Shown here in pieces: positions 18,166-34,730 of a DNA stretch of 64,000 nucleotides; the first letter of the stretch is position 1, and every line of letters begins with the position of its first letter. The notes below the pieces were generated by a model. It saw nothing but the letters and a program-made list of their open reading frames with translations, ran no database searches and had not been told where the DNA came from. The stretch spans positions 2,240,001 through 2,304,000 of the forward strand of contig CP086569.2 in assembly GCA_009914755.4 (NCBI GenBank), in the 5' to 3' direction. The DNA is from the human T2T-CHM13v2.0 reference genome, Homo sapiens. Both the position numbers and the translations under genes were made by a program.

Positions 18166-20389
18166 ACCATGATCTAAGCACTCCCTTGGAGAACTGATGG
18201 ATGTCAGTGTGCACTGATGGACATAAAACAGGACCACAGAGAAGAGTCACACTTGTAGAAAGAAATGCCCCCCAATCTCTAGCCAAAAGCTCCAAGTGGG
18301 AGTCTGTGTCACTTCCAGTGACAACTCTGCACTGACTCACTGCGTGACCTTGGGCAAGAAGCACTTCTACCTGCCTTGGTTTGTGGACCTGAAACAGGGA
18401 TGTTAGCACCAACCTGGCATCTTCCCAGGACAGTGGCGCAGATCTGGAGGAACACCTCACGGGAAGGTCTTTTGTAGATCACACAGGAGGCTACACAGAC
18501 ATGAGTTACTGTGATTTCCTTTTGTCTAAAGGTTTCTTTCTGGTTCTAGCCTTGTCTATCTGGGGGAAGGAGACTATCTGTGATGGAGATGAGCGTTCTT
18601 TTCCAAGAGCGTTAATTAGCTGTTCACTTTGTGACTTCGTGAGCGCCCTACCATTTGAATTCTGAATCCCTGCGTTTTGTTCTCATTTGGTGATGAGCCT
18701 TTCAGCAGACATGGTAGTGACTATTAAGTAGGCATTTTAATGCAATCGTTCATAGAATCAATATGTAGACGGCTAGTTTCTAATTTATGAGAAGGCATTC
18801 TCTGGGAAATTGAATAAACAGTGCTCGATTGGAATATGGAAATTTTATATAAGAAAAATAATCCGAGAGAGGCTGAGAATGTACAAGCTCTAAGGAATCA
18901 TCAGATGTGAACAGGACTTCAGCTATCATGTTTAGGGTGAGCTTCGTTAGTGGCTCACATCTAGTTTCAGCTGCAACTGTATTTTCATATCGTTCCCAGG
19001 CAAGCCCCGCGAGTGACTGACTCCACGACCCTGTTTCTTCCCAAACCCTCACCTGAGAAACAGGCTTCTTGGATTAAATCTTCCTTTTCCTATTCGACTA
19101 GCCCGGTGGGTTTGTGCTTGGCGTAACTTTGGGCCCCCTGGGTGGGATGTGCTTGCGTGAAGCTCCAGTAGCTTTTCCTCTGTGCCGGGAATAATTTGCA
19201 AAGCGTCCTATTTTGGATTTTCATAATCAAGCTTCTACCCCGTTTCTTTTCAGTTAATTTAATACCTGGAGCACACGCAGTACTTCAAAAATATTGGTCC
19301 GTTCTGGTGTCAGAGAGTCTTTTTGGACTGAGATGTAAAAGTCCTACATTTGGGTATGTGAGCTGGGAGTTGGGGGGCCAGGCTGAGGAGAAGCAACAAA
19401 TTCCAGAGACAAACTTGGCATCTTGGGAGATGTAATACACGCACCCAGCCACAGAGTCCCAGGAGAATGTATTTTAATGGAGAATGTGGAGGGACTTTGC
19501 AAATGTTTTCATTTTCTCAAATCATATCTGTTATCCTGAAAGTGGTGTCTGTTCCCCCTAACGCCCCCCCGCTCCCTCCCCAACCCTTTGCAGACACTGG
19601 CATCTGTGGACATGAGTTAGGTGCTGCAGTACCACTCACTGTGTCAACTACAGTATTAACTACGGAAAACACACACACAGTCACAGTCACACTGACACTC
19701 ACACCCTAACCATCCCAAATCAGACATTTGCAGTCCCACGGGATTTCCAAAGATTCCCCGGACAAGCAATCTATAGATTATCCTGGGACCAGAAAAAAAA
19801 AAGTCCTAGGATTTTTAGTTTCCTTAACCCTCAAGTGGCTGGAAACTGTTAATCAGAGAGGAATGAACATAAATAACACCAAGCCGAGCTCCGTCTGATC
19901 CGAAGTGAGCCCCCAAACAGCTTCTGTCTGCCCTGATTACCAAAGGAAGCCATGCCCACGCATAAATTGGCAGTCTATTTAAACTGGGTGTTCTTCCTCA
20001 CAGTTTTTTTTTTTTCCCAGAGAAATATTCAAAGGCAGGCATTTTTCTGGCTAAGAAGATATTTATTTAAGTCACAGATTGCTTCACCTTCCCAAACTTG
20101 CCCGGCACACTTGGTGTAGGGCAAAGCCTCATCCTTGTCACATCTGTCCCTCTCCCCTCTGGAGCAGGGGCCAGAGGACTTTGGAGGACACCTACTCCCC
20201 CCACCCCCAAGGCTTCGGCTTCCCAGGGGGGGCTTGGCAGTGTGAGAAAGGCAAACCGCCTTCCGACCTGGTTGAAATTTTGTTTCCCATTGCTCCCTAG
20301 AGGTGTCCCTTGGCCGTGGATAACGCTCACTCTGTTCCTAGCCTCGCGCTCACCGTGTTTGTCCATGGAGGTTATAGGGAACTTGAGTG

Positions 20390-21720
20390 CGGGGTCCCCA
20401 CCGCCGGAGCAGAGGGCTAGGGACCCGATAGCGCCTGGTGTGCCATAGCGCATTGGACCCACCCGAGAGCCCGCGTTCTGCTGCACCGGTGGCGGCCACA
20501 GGCGGGAGCGCCTATGCGCCTTGGACCCAAGGCGCCCAGGGGGTGGGTGGGACGGACCTGGAGGGGGTACAGGGGGGGCCTGCGCCCACCTCTCTGCACG
20601 CGCATCTGCCGCTTCCCGTGCCCCATAGGGGAGCCCCGGGCTCCGTGAATCCTCGGGTTCAGTCCCGCGTCCGGATTCCGCGTCCTCCCCGAAGTTGGGG
20701 CTCCCCAACCGTGGCCCCCCAAAGCGCCCGCACGAGCGCACTCACCCGCTCTCCCCGGTGCGTCCCTGAAGGTCAAGGCCAGGAGGCGGTGGAGGTGCAG
20801 GGCGGGCGGTGGGGCCCGGAGTAGGGGGCGCGGGCGCCGAGCTGGGGGGCACCGCGGGACGGCTCAGTCCCCATGGCCCTGGCGCTGGGGGCGCCCCCCG
20901 CCTGGCGACCCCGGGGGTCCGCGGCGCTCAGATGCCGTGGTCACAGTCCACATCGCGGCAGATGTACCAGAGGATCACGTAGAGGATGAGGAGGATGGCG
21001 AAGATGAAGAGGGCCACCAGGATCGCCTTGGTCACCGGCGAGATGAGAGACTGCATGGCCCCAGCGGGGCGCGCGGGAGGGCGGGGGGCGCGCGGGGGCG
21101 CGGGGCGCGGCGCTCACGACCCCCGAGCGCGCCCGGAGCCCCGCGCCGGCCCCGCGCCGCATCCGCAATGCTCCGTGCCCGGGACAGACGCTGCCTGGGT
21201 GGCTGCTCGGCGGCGGCGGTGGTGGCAGTGGTGGCTGCTCGGAGGCCGGCGCGCTCGGGTGCAGGCGGCTGCGCGCGGGGCTCCCACCGCCCGGGTCCCC
21301 CCAGCTGCTGGCGCTCACCGGGCCCGGCGGCCGCTGGGCTGGGCTGGGGGCACGGGGGGCCCTGGGGGCGGCCGGGAGGAGGGGGCGGCGGCCATGGGGG
21401 AGAGCTGGAGGAAGGCGGCGCGCCGGGCAAGTCCCCCGAAAACTTGGGGCGGAGGCGGCGCGGTGACAGGTGGAAACGCCAGCCCCGCGGGCAGCAGCGC
21501 GCAGCCGTCCACTGGCGGCGGGGGGCGCGGGGGCGCGGGAGGGAGGCGCGGGGGCGAGCGCGCGGGGAGGGGCTGCGGCACTGGGCGGGGGGCCTCCCTT
21601 TGCAGATGGGGAGGGTCGGGGGAGAGCAGGCGTCCCCGACTGCGCGCCTTTCCATCACCTCTCCCACCTCTCTGCTTTTCCCGGCCCCCTCTCTCCAGCG
21701 CAGCGGTGGATATCTCTCTC
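20390..21720. promoter_or_regulatory. CpG island (orphan, ~1.3 kb, >75% GC, CpG not depleted)
   Basis: dense CpG from cggggtccccaccgccggagcag through ..cgcagcggtggatatctctctcgtcc; many cgcg/gcgc runs. Confidence 0.85.
20928..21056 (-). CDS. candidate 42-aa single-pass transmembrane micropeptide (MQSLISPVTKAILVALFIFAILLILYVILWYICRDVDCDHGI)
   Basis: the ATG is the reverse complement of cat at 21054-21056 and the TGA is the reverse complement of tca at 20928-20930 (hand-translated codon by codon). The ORF sits in a ~55% GC pocket inside ~80% GC flanks and encodes a clean 22-residue hydrophobic helix with basic/acidic flanks. Initiation context is gggGCCATGC. Not in the supplied ORF track because it is under 60 aa. 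Confidence 0.35.
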   Translation of the reverse strand: MQSLISPVTKAILVALFIFAILLILYVILWYICRDVDCDHGI

Positions 21721-23206
21721 GTCCAGGTCTTGCATCTCACCCCTTCTTTGGGAGTCCCCTTCCTTTCCTCTTTTCCTCACTCTCACCCTGCACCCCGGTA
21801 TGGGTGAGCTGCGATATTCTCATCAAAGAATGAAGGTGCTCATGGAGAGAAGCTGCCCCTTCTCTCTTTCTCTCTCTCTCTCTGTGTCTCTTGTACAGGG
21901 AAGGGGGTTTCAAGTTGCAACTAACTCATTGCTGATACCAAGCAGGATGGGCCCAGGCAGGAAAAAAGTACACACCCTTGCCCAGAGTCACAGCTTCTAT
22001 AAGGGGAAGGGGGAGACTGGGTTCTGTGATGAAGGGGTGAGGCAGACGTCTTGGTGTGAGACTCAGTCCCGTGATAAAGGGGCGATGCACACAGACGCCT
22101 TAGTGTAAGGATCCAGGTTTCTGCCCTCGCATCACAGAAAGCCCTCCACCCCACGTTTGTCCCTTACTCTCTGGGGCTTAGCCCTGGGGAATGGAGAGAC
22201 AGGCATGGTGGCACGTGGGTGCACACACATTTTTCCTGAAGTGTGAGCTGTGTTTAGGGCTGATGTCTGGTGGAGACACGAACAGGTCAGGGCACAGCAC
22301 AGAAGGCCGAAGGAGCCCAAATTCTTGGGAAAGGAGGTAGTTCCTCCCTAGCTGGGCATCCTGAATACTCTCTTTAAGGGAGGGAGGGAGCTGGGGCTGT
22401 TGGACAGGGGCATAGGGCTTGCACCAGGAATCCATGACATGGTAAGAACAGGGACCACCCAGTTTCCCAGCAAATACACAATTCAGGCCTTTCATGCCCT
22501 GATTTTTGTCTCCGCTCCCTGTGGCCCCTAACACCGGTGAGCAGGAGCTGTTCCACGATGCCTGGTAGAAGTCTTCGCCTGCCTGCAGTGACACACTACT
22601 GAGGGAAAATTTTATACCTGCATGCAGTGACCCCAGCACCGATGCCCCATGGTTCTGGGAGACAGAAAGAGCTTCAGGGTTGGAGAGCCTTTGTCTGAGA
22701 GCCTGGCTCCCGAGGGTAAGGCATTCCTGACCTTCAGAAACAGGAACAAAGGAGAAGATAGGACCTGACCCAGGTAAAAATAGCCTCCCCTGCTATGGTC
22801 TAGGATGGATTTGCAGCTGAGGAAGGATGCCAGGAAAATGGACCATGATATCAGAGGGCTGTGTGGGTCGGGGAAAAAGGAATTCATCAAGCACTAAAGT
22901 GGCGATGCAATCTCTCCTCTGCACCCTTCTACCCGGTGTTTCCATTCCAGAGACAGCTCTTCCCCCAGGATGACACAGGTGGGAGGGAGGAGACCCTCTT
23001 CCTGCTGACGGCAAAGAGAAGAGCCCACCTCAGGGTCTCCCAGCAGATAGCCGGGTGGCTGGCGTGGCTTTCCCTTGAATCTGCAGTCTGTGAAAGGTTT
23101 TCGAGCAGAAGTGGGGAGCAAGGGAACAGTTTTGTAGATGGCATGACCCATGCCAGCAAGGCTTGCAGCCAGGCAGCTTCTTCTTGCCACTTTAGAGAGG
23201 AAATCA

Positions 23207-23262
23207 ATTGTGTGTGTGTGCGCGCGCGCGTACCCGTGTGTGTGGGTGGGTGTGTGTGCACG
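23207..23262. repeat. (GT)n(GC)n(GT)n alternating purine-pyrimidine tract
   Basis: gtgtgtgtgtgcgcgcgcgcgtacccgtgtgtgtgggtgggtgtgtgtgcacgtg. Confidence 0.9.
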
Positions 23263-23624
23263 TGCCCACACAGTGCATGAAAAGGTCCTCGCTCAGCGAT
23301 AGTGTGTACATTTCCAGGGCAGCAGCTTCTAACTTTCAATTGAACCTGCGTTTCCAGCCTCTAGCTGTTCATCGGCTGAGAGAAGATGGATAATTGAATT
23401 TCTATACTTCCACTTCTCTGCACATGAAGAGTTGGTATTCCTCAGGGGAATTCCTCAGGGGAAGAAACACCAAAGTTTCAGACAGTTTGTAAACTTACTT
23501 TTGTCTGTACAATTTATCAGACACCCACAGTGAAGCCAAGAGCAAAAAGAACATCCAGATGGAAAGGTATAAGGCAGGTGTCAGAGCCAATACACCACGA
23601 TTCCTTTCTCACAAATAGAATTTG

Positions 23625-23931
<307 letters not shown>

Positions 23932-23999
23932 TGATTTTTAATGTAGGAAGACACAGAACAGAATAGACATCCCAGGAAAAAAAAAAAACATGGATTTAC

Positions 24000-25322
<1,323 letters not shown>

Positions 25323-25323
25323 C

Positions 25324-25520
25324 TAGTGGCTGAGTGCAGTGGCTCATGCCGGTAATCCCAGCACTTTGGGAGGCCGAGGCAGGTGAATTGTTTGAGGTCA
25401 GGAGTTCGAGACCAGCCTGACCAACATGGTGAATCCAAGAGGTGGAGGTTGCAGTGAGCCAAGATTGCGCCACTGCACTCCAGCCTGGGCAACAGAGCGA
25501 GAGTCTGTCTCAAAAATAAA
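25324..25520 (+). mobile_element. Alu with internal deletion
   Basis: tggctgagtgcagtggctcatgccggtaatcccagcactttgggaggccgagg...ggtgaatccaagaggtggaggttgcagtgagccaagattgcgccactgcactccagcctgggcaacagagcgagagtctgtctcaaaaataaaaataaaaataaa. Confidence 0.85.
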
Positions 25521-25806
25521 AATAAAAATAAAATGCTGTTTCTGCCACTTAATCCTTCAGTCATGTACATATCCTTCATTTTCCTCATCCCTGAGTGACT
25601 TCTTGAACTAAATATGGTGGGAAGGCAATGTTTCAGGGCAGCCACTCTCCCTAGAGTGAATTATTTTAGAATCAGAGAAGTGGTTGCTTCCTAAATCACA
25701 ATGTGTGAACTACTAAACGCTCTCTCCATATGTGGCTTGTGGTTGTTTGGTCCTGAGATACAGAGCTTCTAACGTGGACGGTAATCTATTGATTTACTAT
25801 CAGTGA

Positions 25807-26188
<382 letters not shown>

Positions 26189-26724
26189 TAGAAACTCATG
26201 GACAAGATGAACCATGAGCCCTGGGGCAGGCAGATGAGGACAGGAAAAGTTCCCCATTGACTAATTCATTCCTGGGTGATTAGAAGTATTGGAAGGATTT
26301 TATCACTTCTGATTGGCTCAGTATCTGTGTGAGTAAGAGCTGCTCATGGGCTGACCAGAATCTGCTCCAGGTGGACAGCTATCTCTGGGTCTGTTTACTG
26401 AAGAAACGTGTGTACTTTCTTGAATGTGCTACAACTCTTCAGGGTATCCCTGGAGAACTTTGGGATAGGTCCAGCATTCCATGTAGAAGATGGAACATCT
26501 TTCCCAAGAGTTTTTGGATCGTGTCTATCTCTGGCTTGACTCAATTGCCTAAAGTAATTGAATAATAAGTGCTTTTCCTCTGCTTCACTTTGAATGCTGA
26601 AACATGCGTTTTGTTTTTTAACCAGAGGAAACTTGCCCAAATTCTTGACAATCCTGGGCTCCTTTGGAGGATTGAAAATCTTGGGTCCTGGCTCTGTCTC
26701 CTGGATCTGCACGTTGGGTCATCA

Positions 26725-27143
<419 letters not shown>

Positions 27144-27297
27144 TCAAGATTTGGAAAAAATCTTGGTCAAAATCAGGATTTTGACTACTGTTTCTCCATG
27201 CCCTGCTCACATGAGAAACCCTCTCTCCCTCCAAGGCTCCAACTCTGTAATCACTTCTCATTCCCAAATCTGTGGGTCAAATCAAGGTCAAAAATCA

Positions 27298-27732
<435 letters not shown>

Positions 27733-28209
27733 CTAATGTGTTATTATTTTTAGTGAGGTTAAGTCTACAGGTTAACTGAGGCATAAACAGACTTGCTATA
27801 TTTGCTAATTTAGGCAAAACACAAAGCCAATGATAAAAACCGATAAAACCCAATGGACGAAAACGGATGTTTCCGTAATAGCAGGAGTCGCTTAGAGGTT
27901 CAAAAGCATTTTACCTTCTTAGTTCATGGTTTCTGCTTTTCTTTAGTCTGCCAGTGTTGTTGTCTTTGGGATATGTCTTTTTACTATTTGCTCAGATTAT
28001 TTCAAATATGATAGTGGGTAGTGTTGTGTGAAATAGCTAAGATTTTATGTAGATGCTATTAATAAATTTAAACTAACATTTTAGGTGTCCAGCATTTTTT
28101 ATCTATGAACAGAGCAGCTAACACTAGAAAGAGTTCTCTTTACAGGGAAGCAGATGTAACCCACCTGCTTTTTAGAATGGGGTGGTTTTACAAGGAAACA
28201 TCTCTCTAG

Positions 28210-28507
<298 letters not shown>

Positions 28508-28828
28508 GGAAACATCTCTCAAGTTCCTAAGGTAACTGCTTTGTTCCAAAACATAGATTCATTAAACTCAGTGTGTGTGAAAACTAGTAATAAGTTAGCA
28601 GAGCTGATGGGGACTTCAGACTTTAGTGTATGTTTTTTACTACCTTATTCCAGCAAATATGGGTTGGCGACAAAACCACAGAAACGATAGAAGAAAGGAC
28701 ATTTTATTTTTAAAATAGCAGAGTGGGAGCCAGTCAGCCATGGATTCAGATGACGAAAACAACCAAAGAAATGTGCACAAACTCTCACAGTGTTATTTCA
28801 ACAAAGTATATATTTACAGATTGTCTAA

Positions 28829-29213
<385 letters not shown>

Positions 29214-29623
29214 CGTCTATTCTTTGTAACAATCATGTGCCTTGATTTAAGAATTCCCATGTGCTCAAGCTTCTTGACCATCAGAGTGATTGTAAGATAA
29301 AGTAAGAATGAGACACCTTGAGGTCTCATTCAGGCCAGTGGGGATGTGTGGGGAAAACAAACAAACAAACCAAAAAAACAGGAAATATGGGTTAGTCACT
29401 AACCCTTTAATGGTGTTTCCTGTGTGTTAAAACTTTTTACGTAGAGCCACTGCCTCTCAGGTAGGCAGGACTGTGTCCTTTGTCAAATGAAATAGTGGGG
29501 GCAGCAAGTTGAAATCACCTGTGTGATTTAAACCCATGCATTACTTGGGGGAGAACTGTTGACATAATTCAGTGTCAACAGGGGAAGGAACATGTTCTCT
29601 TTCCAGAAGGGTATAAAGGTACT

Positions 29624-29953
<330 letters not shown>

Positions 29954-30443
29954 TCAGACCAGCTAAAATCACATGTATATGTGGGTCAAACATAAATGTG
30001 GTGTTTGAAATGTCCCTTTTCTTTGACACAAAACTTCATTTTTCAAGTATAAAGCCCGATTTTGATGCCCATTTGCGGTGTGCAAGTCCTCATTATTCCA
30101 ATGCTTCAGAGTCCGTGTTACAGGCAGAAATGTAAATATTTATTCTGTAATCGTCCTTTAATTTTTTTTTGTTCTTTCCTGCATCACAAAGTTTTTGACT
30201 GGCTGTTTCGGAAGACTATGTGATAGTTTCCTTTAACAGGGGGAGAAGAGCCCTTCATGATGGCGCTGAAGAATGATGATGCCTGTGTGTGTGCGGACCT
30301 GACCAAATTCTCAGGTTTGGGGTTACCCTCTAGATAAAGATTCTGATGGGGAGAGGGAGCTGTGATTTAGTTAATGCTTATCTGACTGCGCCACCTACCG
30401 GCTCGGCAGGGAATATGCTGCCTGCCTCTGAGGTTTTCACCGA

Positions 30444-30869
<426 letters not shown>

Positions 30870-30947
30870 TTAAAGCCTGCTTGCTGTGGGAGACTTTTCA
30901 GTATTCAAACTTTTATATTTAAGTACAATTTTTGATGATGTTGTGTC

Positions 30948-31245
30948 TTTTTTTTTTTGAAATGGGGGTCTTGTTCTGTCACCCAGGCTAGAAAGAAGTG
31001 GTGCCATCACAGCTCACTGCAGCCTTGACATCCTGGGGGCAAGCAATCCTCCCACCTCAGCCTCCAGACCAGCTAAAATCACAGGCGTGTGCCACCATGC
31101 TCAGCTAATATGTTTGTTTGTTTGTTTTGTAGAGACGAGGTATCACTATGTTGTCCAGGGTGGTCTTGAACTCTTGAACTCAAGAAATCCTCCTGCCTTA
31201 GTCTCCCAAAGTGCTAGGATTACAGACGTGCGTTACCGTGTGCAA
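30948..31245 (-). mobile_element. old Alu (AluJ-like)
   Basis: T-run+gaaatgggggtcttgttctgtcacccaggctagaaagaagtggtgccatcacagctcactgcagcc...gtagagacgaggtatcactatgttgtccagggtggtcttgaactcttgaactc. Confidence 0.85.
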
Positions 31246-31289
31246 CCTGATATTTTATCTGACAATGGTAGGGAGGGGCCAGAAGAGTC

Positions 31290-31360
31290 AGGGAGAGGGA
31301 GATGGAGACAGAAAGGAAAAGGAATAAAGAGAGAGAGAGAGAGACAAGGAGAGAGAGACT
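31290..31360. repeat. (GA)n-rich purine tract
   Basis: gagggagatggagacagaaaggaaaaggaataaagagagagagagagagacaaggagagagagact. Confidence 0.85.
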
Positions 31361-31989
31361 GATGGAAATTCTTTTTCCACCAACCGAGAAGAGAAGCAGC
31401 ATCCCATCAGAGGGGGTTGATCCAAGCCATCTACTGTATTAGTTCATGAGAAATGACTGGCTGTAACACATGAGCCCTGGAATTTCTGTGGCTTAACAAT
31501 TAAATAATTATTTCTCACTCATCCAGTTGTCCAGTGTAAGACTTAGGGACCCCTGAGCAGGCGGCCAGCTCTCAGCAAAGACAGCACAGTACCAGGGAAG
31601 GGTCACAGGAATTTTGGCACATGGCCAGCTGGTTCCACTGCACCTGCCCAGGGACGCTGGTCTCCAGGCTCCTGGCTTCTCAGCCTCAGCACAGATGTCT
31701 GCATCCCCAGAATTTTAAGGGAGGCTGCTGGAAGCCGGGGCAGGAGGTGGGATGAGAATGAAGCTTTTCAGAGCAGAGACCATAACAGACCAATTTTCAA
31801 ATTGTCTGAAAATGGAGCATGACCCAAATTCTTAGGAGACTCTAGGGAGGAGAGGGAACCGCAATAATAGCCGACATCACATTTCCCAGGGGAGTGGAGT
31901 CTAAGAGTCAGATTTGAGTCCGTTTAGATTGAAATTGGAAAGATACAGAGATGGAAGAGTCTGATGTTTCCTCAAAAGGTTAACCGAAG

Positions 31990-32345
31990 ACATACCATAT
32001 GTAGTAGTTTGTTTTCACACTGCTGATAAAGACATACCCAAAATTGGGCAACTAACAGAAGAAAGAGAGGTTTAATGAACTTATAGTTCCATGTTGCTGG
32101 GGAGGCCTCACAATCATGGCAGAAGGCAAGGAGAAGCAAGTCACGTCTTACATGGATGGTAGCAGGCAAAGAGAGAGCTTGTGCAGGAAAACTCCCTTTT
32201 ATAAAATCATCAGATCTCATGAGACTTATTCACTACCATGAGTACAGCATGGGAAAGACCTGTCCCCATGATTCAATTACCTCCCACAACACATGGGAAT
32301 TCAAGATGAGATTTGGGTGGGGACACAGCCAAACCACATCACCCT
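31990..32345 (-). mobile_element. MaLR LTR (THE1/MST family)
   Basis: ttcacactgctgataaagacatacccaaaattgggcaactaacagaagaaagagaggtttaatgaacttatagttccatgttgctggggaggcctcacaatcatggcagaaggcaaggagaagcaagtcacgtcttacatgg...tgggaattcaagatgagatttgggtggggacacagccaaaccacatca. Confidence 0.7.
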
Positions 32346-32611
32346 ATGAGCCAGCAATTCTGCTTCTGGGCACATACTCAAGAGAAAAACGAGAACACGT
32401 GTCCACCAAATAGCTTGTACATTTATACACGTAATGTTGATAGCTGCACTACTCAAAATAGCCAAAAAGTGAAGGTGACCCAAACGTCCCTCAGCCAATG
32501 AACGGATTTAACAAAATATGGCATATCCATACAGTGGAATGTGATTCAGGCAGAAAAAGGTTTCAAGTGCTGACACATGCTACAGTGTGGGTGAGCCTTA
32601 CAAACATACAC

Positions 32612-32950
32612 TGGCCAGGTGCAGTGGCTCCTTCCCGTAATCCCAACACATTGGGTGGCCAAGGCAGGTGGATTCCTGGAGGCCTGGAGTTTGAGACCAG
32701 CCTGGTCAACACGGTGAAACCCCATCTCTACTAAAAGGAAAATGCAAAAATTAGCCAGGTGCGGTGGTGCACACCTGTACTCCCAGCTACTCGGGAGGCT
32801 GGGGCACGAGAATTGGTTTAGCCTGGGAGATGGAGGTTGTAGTGTGCAGTGAGCCAAAATCATGTCACTGCACTCCAGCCTGGGTGACAGAGAGTGAGAC
32901 TCTGTCTCAAACAAACAAACAAAAACAAAAACAAAAAAAAAACCAAAAAA
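32612..32950 (+). mobile_element. Alu with (CAAA)n tail
   Basis: ggccaggtgcagtggctccttcccgtaatcccaacacattgggtggccaaggcagg...gagtgagactctgtctcaaacaaacaaacaaaaacaaaaacaaaaaaaaaa. Confidence 0.9.
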
Positions 32951-33384
32951 GCCCACTAACCCTAATGATTGCTGATGAGCTTTTTATAAAAATCGCAATC
33001 TTGGTCTCCTAAGTCATATTTTGGGTGGCGTATCTTGGTCTCCTAAGTCATATTTTGGGTGGCATATCTCGGTATCTTATAGGACATTCCTTTAGGTATT
33101 GCTCATTCACCCAAGGTGGCAGATTCCTATGGATTCCATCATAAATCAAGGACATGAATGAAGCCAATATTCTGTTCCCTCCCATTATGAATAAGCATCA
33201 TAAACAAGACACAGGAAAAACCATGTTTTGGCTCACGCTTTCCATAGAACTCCCATAGCCCTGAAATAGTCTGCTTTATTCATAGCAATGTGCCACCAGG
33301 ACATACTTGTTTATTCCTTGCAGAAATTAAGGGTAATGACAACCACTTTCAGTTTAGCATACCATTTTGAGCATGTAACTGAAA

Positions 33385-33572
33385 AGTGCATTCACTGTAT
33401 CTCCAAAAATAATGATATACATGCATATTTGTTTCTTGCAAACAAATATAAGTGCTCACACTATATCTCCAAAATGATATGCATGCATATTTTTTTCTTG
33501 CAAACAAAGTGCTCACGCTATATCTCCAAAATAATGATATGCATGCATATTTGTTTCTTGATAGGACAGATG
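33385..33572. repeat. minisatellite, ~60-bp unit x3
   Basis: three units of gtgc(a/t)c(a/t)c(a/g)ctatatctccaaaa(taa)tgatat(a/g)catgcatatttgtttcttgcaaacaaa. Confidence 0.85.
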
Positions 33573-34284
33573 TAAATATTTATGTGTGCTAAGATGTGGG
33601 GGACATTGAAAGGCTGCTGGGGTTTTTGCAGGCCCCTTAGAAGTGTTGCATGTGTTAAGAAGATGGGAAATACCCTCTTCCATAATTTATGGATGCTAAC
33701 TACATTCTCTAGCTCCCTTTCAGAGCCTGTCAGATACAAATGTAAAATTGTGTTTCCTCTCTCCCCATTATTTTTCCATGGATGTCATTTAGGAAATGAA
33801 AACGAACTCATGAGGACATGAGGATTGGATTGGATTCGACCACGAGAGTGATGGAGGGGTTTCAACAAAGTTCACCAAACTCCAGGCTCTTCATGGTGTC
33901 TGTCCACATGATTCAAAGTGTGACACACCCAGGCTTCCCGGAATTTAATTGACAGGTAACGTTTCAACATGTTTTCTGGAAGCACAGAAAGTCTAGATTT
34001 CAAGGAGGTGACTCTTTTCTCCCCAAAGCAGACCTTGAGACCGTGATTTTACCGCAAAGCTTTTGTGTTTGGGGAGGGTGGGCGGGGGTGAGTCCCAGGG
34101 AGCAGTGGGAGGGGAGAGGGAGTGAAGACAGAGAGTGGAAGATATTATCAGGCCAGTGACTGCAATGAGAGCTTGGAGACTCAGGGTCATCCCACCGGAA
34201 GAGTGAGGAAGGCCGGGGTCTTTTTCTGTCGTTTCCCAACATGTGTTGGCTGAGGTTGCTTCCAGGATGGGGGCATATGCTAGT

Positions 34285-34730
34285 TTTCTTGCACTTCCAA
34301 TCTGCTCAATGGGTGGTGTATTCGGCTCTTCTTGTACTGCTATAAAGAAATACCTGAGAATGGGTAATTGATAAAGAAGAGAGGTTTAATCGGCTCACAG
34401 TTCTGCAGGCTGGACAGGAAGCCTGACTGGGGAAGCCTCAGGAAACTTACAATTATGGCAGAAGGCAAAGGGCAAGCAGGTGCATCTTACATGGTTAGAA
34501 CAGGAGCAGGAGAGAGAGTGAGAAGGGAGGTGCCACACACTATTAAACAACTTGATCTTGTGAGAAATCACTCACTAGCATGAGAACAGCACCAAGAAGA
34601 GGATGCTAGACCATTCATGAAAAAGCACCCCCATGACCGAACCATCTCCCAATGGGCCCCAGCTCCAACGTTGGGGATTACAATTTGACATAACATTTGG
34701 GTGGGAACACAGATCCAAACCTTAGCAGGT
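34285..34730 (-). mobile_element. MaLR LTR (THE1/MST family)
   Basis: ctgctataaagaaatacctgagaatgggtaattgataaagaagagaggtttaatcggctcacagttctgcaggctgg...ttacaattatggcagaaggcaaagggcaagcaggtgcatcttacatgg...ggggattacaatttgacataacatttgggtgggaacacagatccaaacc. Confidence 0.7.

Noticed and set aside
20937-21833. Long ORFs in both strands of the orphan CpG island (298 aa and 273 aa on +, 211/141/125 aa on -, 224 aa at 20067-20741)
   Set aside because: All are Arg/Gly/Pro/Ala-rich low-complexity translations typical of stop-codon-poor >75% GC DNA. They overlap one another in multiple frames and show no domain-like or hydrophobic/polar patterning.
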